Source: Patescibacteria group bacterium (GTDB taxonomy: Bacteria > Patescibacteriota > Patescibacteriia > SG8-24). From it: DNA of 64,000 bases. The stretch is from positions 351-64,350 of the forward strand of contig JBAYFM010000009.1 in NCBI GenBank assembly GCA_041667185.1, written 5' to 3'. A program made the position numbers and the translations under genes. Every line of letters starts with the position of its first letter. Positions within the stretch are counted from its first letter, which is position 1. A model generated the notes under the pieces. That model had not been told where the DNA came from. It saw only the letters and a list, made by a program, of their open reading frames with translations, and made no database searches. Below, piece after piece: positions 19,323-27,856 of the stretch.

Positions 19323-19348
19323 TCTGATTAAGCGACTGACGATCACCG

Positions 19349-21094
19349 CTAGGAAATCTTCGCGAGCATGGTCTCGAGTTCCGCCGACGCCATCACCACA
19401 GCCTCGGCGGCCTTGATGAACTCATACTGCACCTTTTCCTCGTCGCGATTCCTGACCATGGCGTGCAGCACGTTGCCGACCTGATCCGCGGTGAGCCGCC
19501 CAATGTCCACCTTGATCTCGCTCTCGGTCTTGCCATACCACGCCTCGTAGATGTGCTGGATCGCGTTCTCGCGCTTCCGAGCGGCCTTGAGGCATTCATC
19601 GCAACGCTTGCGATCGGTCCCGATGGTCTCGATCGCTTCTTTGATGAAAGCCACTGCTTCCGACAGCTTACCGAGCATGTCGACGATGTAGTGGTCCGGC
19701 GGGACCTCGAATTTCTCCATCCGGAAGACCGCTTTCTTGGACTCATCCATGATGTCGTCGATCCGCTGGGAAAGATTGTCGATGTTGTGCCGGTCGTATT
19801 TACCCGTGATGAACGTGCTCCGAACCTTCTCGATGATATCGCGATGCACGTCGTCGGCCCGATTCTCCTCCAGGTCGACGATCTTCGCCGCTTCCAGACT
19901 CGGCTGCTCGCAATATTTTTGCGCGGTCTTCAGGCCTTCGAGCACGACGCCGGCCTGCTCCGCGAGCAGTTTCAAGAAATCGATCTGCCTCGGAAAGAAT
20001 CGCGCCACGGATAGTTTTTTCCAGATCATATGTGCTGTGATCGCACTGATTATTATTCCGATGACATAGGGCCACTGGCCCCGGAAAAGAAGGAGAAAAG
20101 TCGCGGAGACGGCGGCCGAAGCCGGTATCGTGACGAGCCAGGCGAAGGCCATGTTCTTCGTGACCTCCCAATGGACGCGCCGGGGATTCTCCGCCGCGCC
20201 GGCGCCCATGACGGAGGACGAGATGACCTGCGTGGTCGAGATCGGATACCCGAAGACCGAGGAGAGATAGATGATGGAGGCCGAGGAGAACTGCGAAGTG
20301 AAAGAATGGATCGGCTTGATGTCGTAGATCTCCCAGCCCAGCGTGCGGATGATCCGCCAGCCGCCGCACAGGGCGCCGATGGCGATGGCGGTCGAACAAG
20401 CGAGCGTGACCCACGCCGGAATATACGCCCCGCCCGCGGCCGGCGCGTGCATGCCCGCGATAGTCAGGACGAAGACGATCACGCCCATGGTCTTCTGCGC
20501 GTCGTTGGTCCCGTGCGACAATGCCTGGGTGATGAGCGTCGCGTACTGCGCTTTCCTGAAGAAATTATTCGTCCGCGTGGGGAAAGAGATGATCGAACTC
20601 ACGAAAATGCCGAAGCGGGTCAGCGTCGAGGAGACGACGAAACCGATCAGAGGCGAAGCGATCAGGATGGCGAAGATGCCCAGGACTTTGATCCAATTCA
20701 CCGGAGCGAAGCCCCAGCCGACCACGAACGCGCCCAAGAGGCCGCCGATGAGCGCGTGCGACGACGACGAGGGCGTTCCTGTCCGCCAGGTCCACAGGTT
20801 CCAGAGTATCGCCCCGAGGAGGGCGGCGATGAGGACGAGCACGCTCGACACGCCTTTGGTCATCAGGTCCGGATCGACGATCCCTTTGCCGAGGGTTTCC
20901 GCGACCTTGCTGCCGAGAAAGAAGGCGCCGATGAAATCGAACGTCGCCGCGATGAGCAGGGCGCGGAGAGGCTTGATGGCGTCGGTCTTGATGGCCGTCG
21001 CGACCTGGTTGGCGGCATCGTGAAAACCGTTCGTGAAATCGAACAGCAGCGCCAGCAGGACCGCAAAAATGACGACGATAAGCTCAATGCTCAT
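19349..21094 (-). CDS. Inorganic phosphate transporter PiT family fused to C-terminal DUF47/PhoU-like domain
   Basis: 581 aa. The N-terminal 390 aa have the PiT/PHO4 signature (LLALLFDFTNGFHDAANQVATAI ... GTNDAQKTMGVI). The C-terminal ~190 aa are helical with a DUF47/PhoU-like pattern, a domain usually encoded by a separate gene next to pit. Confidence 0.65.
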   Translation of the reverse strand: MSIELIVVIFAVLLALLFDFTNGFHDAANQVATAIKTDAIKPLRALLIAATFDFIGAFFLGSKVAETLGKGIVDPDLMTKGVSSVLVLIAALLGAILWNLWTWRTGTPSSSSHALIGGLLGAFVVGWGFAPVNWIKVLGIFAILIASPLIGFVVSSTLTRFGIFVSSIISFPTRTNNFFRKAQYATLITQALSHGTNDAQKTMGVIVFVLTIAGMHAPAAGGAYIPAWVTLACSTAIAIGALCGGWRIIRTLGWEIYDIKPIHSFTSQFSSASIIYLSSVFGYPISTTQVISSSVMGAGAAENPRRVHWEVTKNMAFAWLVTIPASAAVSATFLLLFRGQWPYVIGIIISAITAHMIWKKLSVARFFPRQIDFLKLLAEQAGVVLEGLKTAQKYCEQPSLEAAKIVDLEENRADDVHRDIIEKVRSTFITGKYDRHNIDNLSQRIDDIMDESKKAVFRMEKFEVPPDHYIVDMLGKLSEAVAFIKEAIETIGTDRKRCDECLKAARKRENAIQHIYEAWYGKTESEIKVDIGRLTADQVGNVLHAMVRNRDEEKVQYEFIKAAEAVVMASAELETMLAKIS

Positions 21095-21244
21095 GCGGAC
21101 AAGTCAGGTGAGTATTACAATTCAGCCTAGAAAATCAAAGGCCGCGTGTCAATTGTTGAATTTCGTTGGTGTCAGGCACCGAAATAAACGGCGCTTTATC
21201 GAGGTCTGGTTTCTGATGGTTCGGGATGCCGGGTATTTTGCTTC

Positions 21245-21793
21245 TTACTCGATCCATTGCGCGCCCGGCAGGGCGCCGCAAGAACGCGCGGCGTACGGCC
21301 TGACCTCTGTCGTATATGGATCGCCGCCGTGATCATAGTGCCACGTAACGATCTCGTTTGATGTGCCCGAACCCAGGTTACATCCGCCGACAGTAGGACG
21401 CGGGCATGGTCCTGACGCATACATGCCATCTGAACAGTTCAGCTTGGCGTTAGTGAAAGACCAATAAGCCCCGATATATTCGACGCAGGTACTGCCGTAG
21501 GCTATAGCGTTGCACGATCCTTTGGCAGATAACCTGAAATGTTCATTGAACGTCGTTTCCTCGCCCGAATCCGGACTAGTCGGCTCGTTGGGATCGATCT
21601 CCTCGCCGGAGTCCGGGCTAGTCGGTTCATTAGACAGATCAATCTCCTCGCCGGAGTCCGGACCACTAAGTTCTTGACTGATGTCTACCTCCTCGCCGGA
21701 GTCCGGACCTTTTGGTTCGTCAAAAAATAAGATCGCCGCTCCGATGACCGCGACTATTCCGACCGAGACCGCCACGACAACACCCTTGGGCAT
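21245..21793 (-). CDS. Hypothetical signal-anchored protein with (E/N)PTSPDSGEE(I/V)D repeats and Cys-rich C-terminal domain
   Basis: The ORF-track start at 21820 is TTG. The ATG at 21793 gives MPKGVVVAVSVGIVAVIGAAILFF (signal anchor). Four PDSGEE repeats, then a domain with 6 Cys. Confidence 0.4.
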   Translation of the reverse strand: MPKGVVVAVSVGIVAVIGAAILFFDEPKGPDSGEEVDISQELSGPDSGEEIDLSNEPTSPDSGEEIDPNEPTSPDSGEETTFNEHFRLSAKGSCNAIAYGSTCVEYIGAYWSFTNAKLNCSDGMYASGPCPRPTVGGCNLGSGTSNEIVTWHYDHGGDPYTTEVRPYAARSCGALPGAQWIE

Positions 21794-21905
21794 ATAAAAT
21801 CCGTATAAATTTGTTTCCAAGACTTAGCAAACTGCCACCTCATGGGCAACCTGACCGGGGATGATGGTGGGGCAAGTTATGCGTCGACCGGATATTCTTT
21901 TCCGT

Positions 21906-23426
21906 CTAGCGGTTCAATAGATCAGACAGGGTCAGTTCGTACCAGACCTTGCTGGCGACACGCTCCTGCTGCCGGTCGATCCAGGGCTGCCAGTCCGGGT
22001 GGTCGAGCTGTTCGCGGATCTCCGCTGAGACGCTCTCCGGGCCGCTGACGTAGGCCGCGTTGACCTCCTCGAGTTTCCCCGCGGCGCGGAACTGCCGCAC
22101 CGTGCCGAGCACGTCCGGCGAGAGCATGGTGAGTTCGTAGAGGCGGATGCGCGAATCCGGCAGACGTGCGAGCGCCACGTTCGCGCGCAGGATGAACTGC
22201 TCCACCGGCAGGACGGTCGCGACCGCGAACATCCACATGAATAGCACCACCAGGAACTTGAGGATGTTGGCACGCCGGACCGCGAACATCCGCGTGATGA
22301 GCCAGACGAACAGCACCGCGCAGAAGATCACGACGTAGGCCGCGAAGACTTTTTCGTAGCTGAATCCGTAATACGTCACGTAGAGGACCATGCGGTGGCC
22401 GGCCGACGCGAGCAGCAGCAACGAGGCGGCGGTGAACGCGGTCAGGATGTGCTGCACGGCCGGAATCGTCCGGCGATACGTCAGGAAGAAGATCGCGATG
22501 TTGATGACCGACAGGAAGAACAGCTGCCAGAACCCGCTCTTCACGAGATAGACGGTTTCCGCGAAATCGAAGGGCAGGCTTCCGACCCAAAGCTTCTCGA
22601 GCTGCACCCCGAGGAACAGCAGGTATAGGAGGAGCGTGCCGCCGAGCACGATACCGGTGACGATAGGGTCGATGGCCTTGAGGTCCTCGATGCGTGTCTC
22701 TTCAAAGTGCAGGCTGCGGCCCCACGCCAGGAGTCCGGTAAGCGTCACGGTCGCGAGGAACAGGCCGAAGAGGACGCGGGCCGCGATCGTGGTGTCGAAG
22801 AGCGAGCGGAACCAGTCGAGCAGGCGGTCTGTCCGCGCGGCGAACGCCGCGTCGGCCGAGGAGAGCAGTGGAAGGACGATCGTGAGCGCGATCACGAAAA
22901 ACAGCGCGAGGCCGACGAGGACGCGTTTGGTGGTGCTTTTCCGCATCCCGGCACCCTGGCTGAGGAGCCGCCCGAAGTCATGGAACGCCTGCGGGATGAA
23001 CGCCACCGCGGACAGGGCGCGCAGCACGATCCGCGAGATCAGCCGCGCATCCCAGGTCAGCCGGCGGCCGCCGGGAATCGTCTCTAATATATAGAAGCCG
23101 ATAGCGAGCGCTGGCAGGACGAGCATCGTGATCACTTTCAGGAACGGATTGTCATACAGGCAAAAGCTCAGGCACATGAGCCCGACCGGGACGATCCAGT
23201 AGAGGTTCTCTTTGAGCGACGCGCCACGCTCGCGCAGGAGCCACAGGAACAGGCTGACTAGCAGGAACAAGTAGACGGCCGCGCTGAGGCCGAGCGCGTC
23301 CGGCCCGTGTTCCCAGAAGCCCCAAACGGAACAGACCCAAAAGGCCGAGACCGCGAGGCTGCCGAGTATCTTGATGAGCGAGACGTGCGACAAGCGGGAT
23401 TCCGGTTCGTGAGTGTGATCCTCCAT
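21906..23426 (-). CDS. Polytopic membrane protein of unknown function (DUF4153/DUF4173-like)
   Basis: 506 aa. More than 10 predicted TM helices, with a soluble C-terminal ~90 aa. The family name is recalled from memory and is uncertain. Confidence 0.4.
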   Translation of the reverse strand: MEDHTHEPESRLSHVSLIKILGSLAVSAFWVCSVWGFWEHGPDALGLSAAVYLFLLVSLFLWLLRERGASLKENLYWIVPVGLMCLSFCLYDNPFLKVITMLVLPALAIGFYILETIPGGRRLTWDARLISRIVLRALSAVAFIPQAFHDFGRLLSQGAGMRKSTTKRVLVGLALFFVIALTIVLPLLSSADAAFAARTDRLLDWFRSLFDTTIAARVLFGLFLATVTLTGLLAWGRSLHFEETRIEDLKAIDPIVTGIVLGGTLLLYLLFLGVQLEKLWVGSLPFDFAETVYLVKSGFWQLFFLSVINIAIFFLTYRRTIPAVQHILTAFTAASLLLLASAGHRMVLYVTYYGFSYEKVFAAYVVIFCAVLFVWLITRMFAVRRANILKFLVVLFMWMFAVATVLPVEQFILRANVALARLPDSRIRLYELTMLSPDVLGTVRQFRAAGKLEEVNAAYVSGPESVSAEIREQLDHPDWQPWIDRQQERVASKVWYELTLSDLLNR

Positions 23427-23521
23427 ATGTGGAGCGATTTAAGGGGGAATAGCTTTGCCAGAACATTATAGCGCATCGGCGGGTGAAAAAACGACCCCGA
23501 CCGTCATTATGAGGAGCGGGC

Positions 23522-23612
23522 GCGGTGCCTGGCTCCGCGAACCAAACTGCCCGACGCGAGAAGTACGCGCGACTATTCTTGACTGTCCTTGTGATGCCTG
23601 ACACCGAAACGA
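23522..23612. repeat. ~100-bp direct repeat, copy 1 (flanks the SDR gene on its 3' side)
   Basis: gcggtgcctggctccgcgaaccaaactgcccgacgcgagaagtacgcgcgactattcttgactgtccttgtgatgcctgacaccg. Similar to 24652-24763. Confidence 0.6.
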
Positions 23613-23704
23613 TAAAGGTTAACCCGCAAATTGCTAATAAAAACAGCCGTCAATCTTGCGACTGGCGGCTGTAGAAGAGACGGCTTGGCGCTTGGCCTGT
23701 CATG

Positions 23705-24520
23705 CTAGCGTACGAAAGGCATCTTTTTTGCGGTTTGCGCCATCAGCGCGGTGATCAGGCCGGGGAAGAGGCGGTACGCGAGATGTATCCATCGAGCGAC
23801 TGCCGGCAGGATGAGGGGCATATCGCGTTCGATGCCCACGATGATCTGCTTGGCGACCGCCTCCGACGTGGCGATGGGGCCCGGCATATCCTGGACCACC
23901 TTCTGTCGGTCGGCAATCGATCTCATCTCGGTAGTTGCCTGAATGTCTGTCGCTACCAGCCCCGGACACACGACGTTCACTTTCACGCCGTACATCGCCG
24001 CTTCGATTCGCAGCGAGAGCGAGAGGCCGACGACGCCGAATTTCGCAGCGCTGTACGCGGTAAAAAACGGGGTCGGCAACAGGCCGCCGGCGGAAGAGAT
24101 GTTGACGATCTGTCCATGCCTCCGCTCACACATCATCTTGTACACCGACTGGAGGCAGAAGATCGTGCCGTACAGATCCACCCCGATTATCTTCTGCCAA
24201 TCGAGCAGCGAGTACTCGCGCGTGTCGGCGATGAGGCAAATCCCGGCGTTGTTGACCAGGATGTCGATCTCACCGTGCGTCCGTTGGATCTCCGCCATCG
24301 TCGTCGCGACGGCGTCGCTGTCGCTGACGTCCAGCACGCAGGTCGTGCAGGCGGGACCGATTTCAGCGGCCGTTTTTGCCAAGACATCAGCTCGACGTCC
24401 GGCGATGATGACTCGCGCACCCTTGCTCACGAATTCGCGGGCGAGAGCCTGGCCGATGCCAGTACCTCCGCCGGTGATGAAGACGAGTTGTTCAAGGAAC
24501 GATTTTTTTGATTTCCCCAT
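23705..24520 (-). CDS. Short-chain dehydrogenase/reductase (SDR) family oxidoreductase
   Basis: ATG at 24520 with SD aaggggga. TGGGTGIG Rossmann motif, NNAG, and a YSAAK catalytic Tyr-x3-Lys. 271 aa. Confidence 0.75.
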   Translation of the reverse strand: MGKSKKSFLEQLVFITGGGTGIGQALAREFVSKGARVIIAGRRADVLAKTAAEIGPACTTCVLDVSDSDAVATTMAEIQRTHGEIDILVNNAGICLIADTREYSLLDWQKIIGVDLYGTIFCLQSVYKMMCERRHGQIVNISSAGGLLPTPFFTAYSAAKFGVVGLSLSLRIEAAMYGVKVNVVCPGLVATDIQATTEMRSIADRQKVVQDMPGPIATSEAVAKQIIVGIERDMPLILPAVARWIHLAYRLFPGLITALMAQTAKKMPFVR

Positions 24521-24651
24521 TGGAAATCCCCCTTTCGTGGCACAAGATTTGCACAAATATGCGGACTTGTCAAGCCTGCCCCTTTAGCGCCAGGCATTAT
24601 CAAGAGCCGTCATCGCGACCCCCGGCCCGCGAGCCAGGGGAAGCGATCCTG

Positions 24652-24763
24652 CGCGGTGCCTGGCACCCCGACGGGTGCCTGCTCCGCGAACCAAACCGCC
24701 CGGCGCGAAGAGCGCGCGGGCGGTTATTCTTGATTGTCACTTTGACGCCAGGCGCCGAAATCA
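24652..24763. repeat. ~110-bp direct repeat, copy 2 (SDR 5' side); contains the GGTGCCTGGCACC palindrome
   Basis: gcggtgcctggcaccccgacgggtgcctgctccgcgaaccaaaccgcccggcgcgaagagcgcgcgggcggttattcttgattgtcactttgacgccaggcgccg. Confidence 0.6.
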
Positions 24764-25411
24764 GTTCGATTCTTGATCGGCAAACACCACCAGACGCTGG
24801 GTATACTGTTTGGCGCGCCGGTCCCACTTCCCGGCGCAGGTGATCAGGTTGAGATGCGCTTTTCCGTCAATTGAAACGAAGACCTCGGTCGCGTCCGCCG
24901 AAGCGTCATACATCCGACTCTCGCGGACGACGAAATAAATGATTGAGCCGGTGTCGTCCTGCACCGCGATCTTGTCGCCCGGCTTTAGCCTGCGCAGGCC
25001 AGCGAACGCTCCGGTGATGCCACCATACCAGTCAACGTGTCCGGAGATGACCGCGCTCCCCGCTTCTCCCGGGTGCGGACCCGGCTGATACCAGGCGACG
25101 TTGCGGGGTTTCCTGGGGATACCCATCGATCCGTCAGCCGCCAGACCGACACTCTCGATCACCGCGTTCACGCCAATGCGGGGTATCTTGATACGCACGG
25201 GCGCGCCGATGCTCACTGGCACGGCAGCCGCTCCGCCGAAATCAAGTGTCTTGGCGCTGACAGCCGCCCCAACGCTGGCCCAAGCGGCCGGCATCGCCGG
25301 CACATCAGAGACTAGGATATCGCGCCATGTGAGGACGCCAAAGACCGCCAGGACGAGCATGGTCATTCCCAATATCAGAATTTTAGTTCGATTTGGCGCT
25401 AACTTACCCAT
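24761..25411 (-). CDS. Sortase (class E/F-like transpeptidase)
   Basis: ATG at 25411 gives MGKLAPNRTKILILGMTMLVLAVF (TM anchor). Catalytic His in VISGHVD, the TLxTC-type motif LITCAG, and the conserved Arg region. 216 aa. Immediately downstream of an LPKTG-bearing gene. Confidence 0.6.
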   Translation of the reverse strand: MGKLAPNRTKILILGMTMLVLAVFGVLTWRDILVSDVPAMPAAWASVGAAVSAKTLDFGGAAAVPVSIGAPVRIKIPRIGVNAVIESVGLAADGSMGIPRKPRNVAWYQPGPHPGEAGSAVISGHVDWYGGITGAFAGLRRLKPGDKIAVQDDTGSIIYFVVRESRMYDASADATEVFVSIDGKAHLNLITCAGKWDRRAKQYTQRLVVFADQESN

Positions 25412-25424
25412 AAAACCTGCTAAA

Positions 25425-25462
25425 GAAGAAGGGGCCGCACGAGACTCGCGCACCCCTTCTTC
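25425..25462 (-). terminator. Strong stem-loop between the surface-protein and sortase genes (possible attenuator or partial terminator)
   Basis: A 10-bp perfect stem gaagaagggg/ccccttcttc with an internal GC stem, followed on the minus strand by a U-rich tract. It sits in the 73-nt gap between the two genes. Confidence 0.35.
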
Positions 25463-25484
25463 GTGGATCCTTCTCAATGATCGG

Positions 25485-27257
25485 CTACGCGGTCTGTTTT
25501 CGCCGAATGACGTAGAGGGCGAGCAAGACCGCGAAGATGCCAACCGCGACGACAGCGATGCTGACCGGACCGAATCCGGTCTTCGGCAGCGCCGGGACGG
25601 CCGCGGCCACGACGACGGTGGCGAGAGCGAAGTCCCGCGCCGTCAAGCCGTTGGCGTCACCGGCGGCCGTGACCGTGTTCACCGTGGTCTGAGTGAGGTT
25701 CGCCTGGCAGGTATAGGTCCAGGTTTCGGCGGGATCGAGCTTGGAGTCGCCGTTCACGTCGCCGGAAATATACGTCACGACGGCGCACTTATCATCAGTG
25801 AGCCGGACGTTGCTCAAAGCGACCGTTCCCGGATTGGTGACCTTCTTGGTATAGGTGACCATTCCCCCGCCGGCCAAAAGCGTCAACGGAGCCGGAGTCT
25901 TGGTCACGTGGATGAGCGGCGGCACTATCGGCGTTCCGACGACGACCGTGGCGCTGGCGATATCGGTGGCGCTGATGCCGTTGGCCCAACCAGTCGCGAC
26001 GACGGTGTTGGTGTGAGTTTGCGCGAGCGTCCAATTGCAGCGGTACACCCACGTCTCGTTCACCTGAAGCTTGGCATCGCTATTGATGTCGCCGGAAACG
26101 AGATTGATGGGGCTGCAGGTGTCGCCGACTAGCGTGATGTCGGTCACCGGGACCGTCCCGATGTTGCGGAGCGTGTAGGTGTAGGTCACCGCGCCGGGGC
26201 CGGCTGGCAGGGCCAGCGGGCTGGGGACTTTCACCACGTCAATGAGCGGCGGCACGGGCGGAACGACCACCGGCGCGCCGATGTCGTCGTTCGTGACGAT
26301 ACAGAACTTGTTCTGGCCGGATGTGAGGTTCATGCCGCCGTTGTGGTCGCAATCGCCGGAGAAAGCCACGGTGTAGTTCTGATTCCCGGTCTCGGTCACG
26401 GTATACACGCCGGAGATCGCGGGGAATGTGTTGGTCACGCCAGAAACGACCGGCGTACCGTTAACGAACAACGAAAAGTCGGAGATAGTATTCGTCCTCC
26501 CGTTATCATTGACGACGTGCTTGGTGACGGTGATCGTCGATGGCTGAACGCTGCCCGATGCGGGCGGGACCACGCAGACCGGCTCAGTGATCTGCGAGTT
26601 GATCATCGTCACCGCAGCGATATGCGACAAGGCGCGGCCTTTCAGGGTCGCGGAATCCCCGAAAGAGATGAGCGAGGTGTTGGTGATGATGGTTCCTTCC
26701 ATGTGCGAACCGGCACCGATGGTCATGGAATCCGCGACTGCCCAGAATACGTCGCTTGCGCAAGCGCCGTTGGTCAGGACCATCTGCCCGGTGACCGGGG
26801 TCGTGGCTGAACCAAGGAAGACGTAGACACCCGCTCCGTCGAGGGTGAGAGTACCGTTCAGCGTGGTCGCAGCGACGTTATAGACGCCCGGTCCGACCGT
26901 GTTTGTCCCGGCGAGATCGAGGATGATGCCGGGGCCCTGAGCCGTGAGCGCGCCATAGGCGTTGCTGATGTCGGTCTGCAGCGCTGCTGGTGTCGGGGCG
27001 ATGATCGATCCATCAACCTGCGCGGCATCATCAAGGTTGGTGATGCTAGCCAGGAGGTCGGCGCCGACATTGCCCCAGTGATGCGTCGTTCCGACGTTGG
27101 AGTTGTTCGTCACACCGGTCTTTCCCCAGGCAGAAAAAGGGGCGGCTGTACCGAGGTTTGGAGCCGTCGCCGCGAAAACAGCGCTAGGCGCGACCAGACC
27201 GAGGACCAGGGAAAACACCGCCGCGGCGCCTCCCAAATATGCTTTAGATATTCTCAT
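25485..27257 (-). CDS. Sortase-anchored surface protein: signal peptide, DUF3494 (ice-binding-like beta-helix) domain, repeated Ig/DUF11-like domains, C-terminal LPKTG sorting signal
   Basis: 590 aa. N-terminal signal (AVFAATAPNLGTAAPF). DUF3494-like motifs (ASDVFWAVADSMTIGAGSHMEGTIIT). Two near-identical ~95-aa repeats with a TCxxNL motif. ALPKTGFG plus a hydrophobic helix and RRKQTA tail typical of a cell-wall sorting signal. Confidence 0.55.
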   Translation of the reverse strand: MRISKAYLGGAAAVFSLVLGLVAPSAVFAATAPNLGTAAPFSAWGKTGVTNNSNVGTTHHWGNVGADLLASITNLDDAAQVDGSIIAPTPAALQTDISNAYGALTAQGPGIILDLAGTNTVGPGVYNVAATTLNGTLTLDGAGVYVFLGSATTPVTGQMVLTNGACASDVFWAVADSMTIGAGSHMEGTIITNTSLISFGDSATLKGRALSHIAAVTMINSQITEPVCVVPPASGSVQPSTITVTKHVVNDNGRTNTISDFSLFVNGTPVVSGVTNTFPAISGVYTVTETGNQNYTVAFSGDCDHNGGMNLTSGQNKFCIVTNDDIGAPVVVPPVPPLIDVVKVPSPLALPAGPGAVTYTYTLRNIGTVPVTDITLVGDTCSPINLVSGDINSDAKLQVNETWVYRCNWTLAQTHTNTVVATGWANGISATDIASATVVVGTPIVPPLIHVTKTPAPLTLLAGGGMVTYTKKVTNPGTVALSNVRLTDDKCAVVTYISGDVNGDSKLDPAETWTYTCQANLTQTTVNTVTAAGDANGLTARDFALATVVVAAAVPALPKTGFGPVSIAVVAVGIFAVLLALYVIRRKQTA

Positions 27258-27340
27258 AGATGTCTCACTACGACTGCCTGGCCCAAGACTTAAACGTCAA
27301 AAAGCCGAGCAAATATTTAATAAATTTTTCAACTGACTTT

Positions 27341-27349
27341 ATTATAACA
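27341..27349 (-). promoter_or_regulatory. Candidate extended -10 promoter (TGtTATAAT on minus strand) for the surface-protein/sortase operon
   Basis: AT-rich 160-nt spacer between the RR stop and the surface-protein start. The minus-strand sequence gatgtTATAATaaag lies ~80 nt upstream of ATG 27257. Confidence 0.3.
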
Positions 27350-27418
27350 TCTTTTCAACGACATGAGCAGTGCGGTCGGCATCTCTTTCCCCGCCACAGC
27401 CTCTTTATCCGCATCGTC

Positions 27419-27832
27419 CTATTTCACGATCGCCGGTTTTTGCGGCGCACCGATGATTTTTTGGACCCGTTCAATGAATTCTTCGTTGGTGACGCCCTTC
27501 TGTAAATAATCCAGCACCCCCAATTCTTTGACCGCCTTCTGAGCTTCAATGCTGAGATCCTCGCTCGTGAGCAGGATGATCGGGATGCTTGCGACCACGG
27601 GATCAGCATCGCTTTTGAGCCTGTCAGCCGTTTCCATGCCGTCCATTACGGGCATGTTTAGATCGAGCAGGATCAGGTCCGGATGCAGCCTCCTGGCCAT
27701 TTCGCGGCCGTCATTGCCGTCTTTCGCATACAGAACCTCAAAACCGGCTCTGGCGAGCAATGATCCAAAAAGCCTGCGGGTCATGGAATCATCATCGACG
27801 ACTAGGATATGCTTGACCGTGGGTTTTTCCAT
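27419..27832 (-). CDS. Single-domain response regulator (CheY-like receiver)
   Basis: ATG at 27832 (the 27853 start is TTG). HILVVDDD, LILLDLNMP and K105-type residues are present. 137 aa with no output domain. Confidence 0.7.
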   Translation of the reverse strand: MEKPTVKHILVVDDDSMTRRLFGSLLARAGFEVLYAKDGNDGREMARRLHPDLILLDLNMPVMDGMETADRLKSDADPVVASIPIILLTSEDLSIEAQKAVKELGVLDYLQKGVTNEEFIERVQKIIGAPQKPAIVK

Positions 27833-27856
27833 AGCGCGTATCTTTAAGATCAAGGA

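Noticed and set aside
21820-27853. Alternative upstream starts: 21820 (TTG) for the PDSGEE protein, 25543 for sortase, 27853 (TTG) for the receiver, 24556 for SDR, 33825 for the transglutaminase-like protein, 43347 for the TSP3-repeat protein
   Set aside because: Each extension is non-ATG or adds Arg-rich, Cys-rich or low-complexity residues without an SD. Internal ATGs restore a typical signal or anchor or a catalytic-domain N-terminus, several with good SDs.
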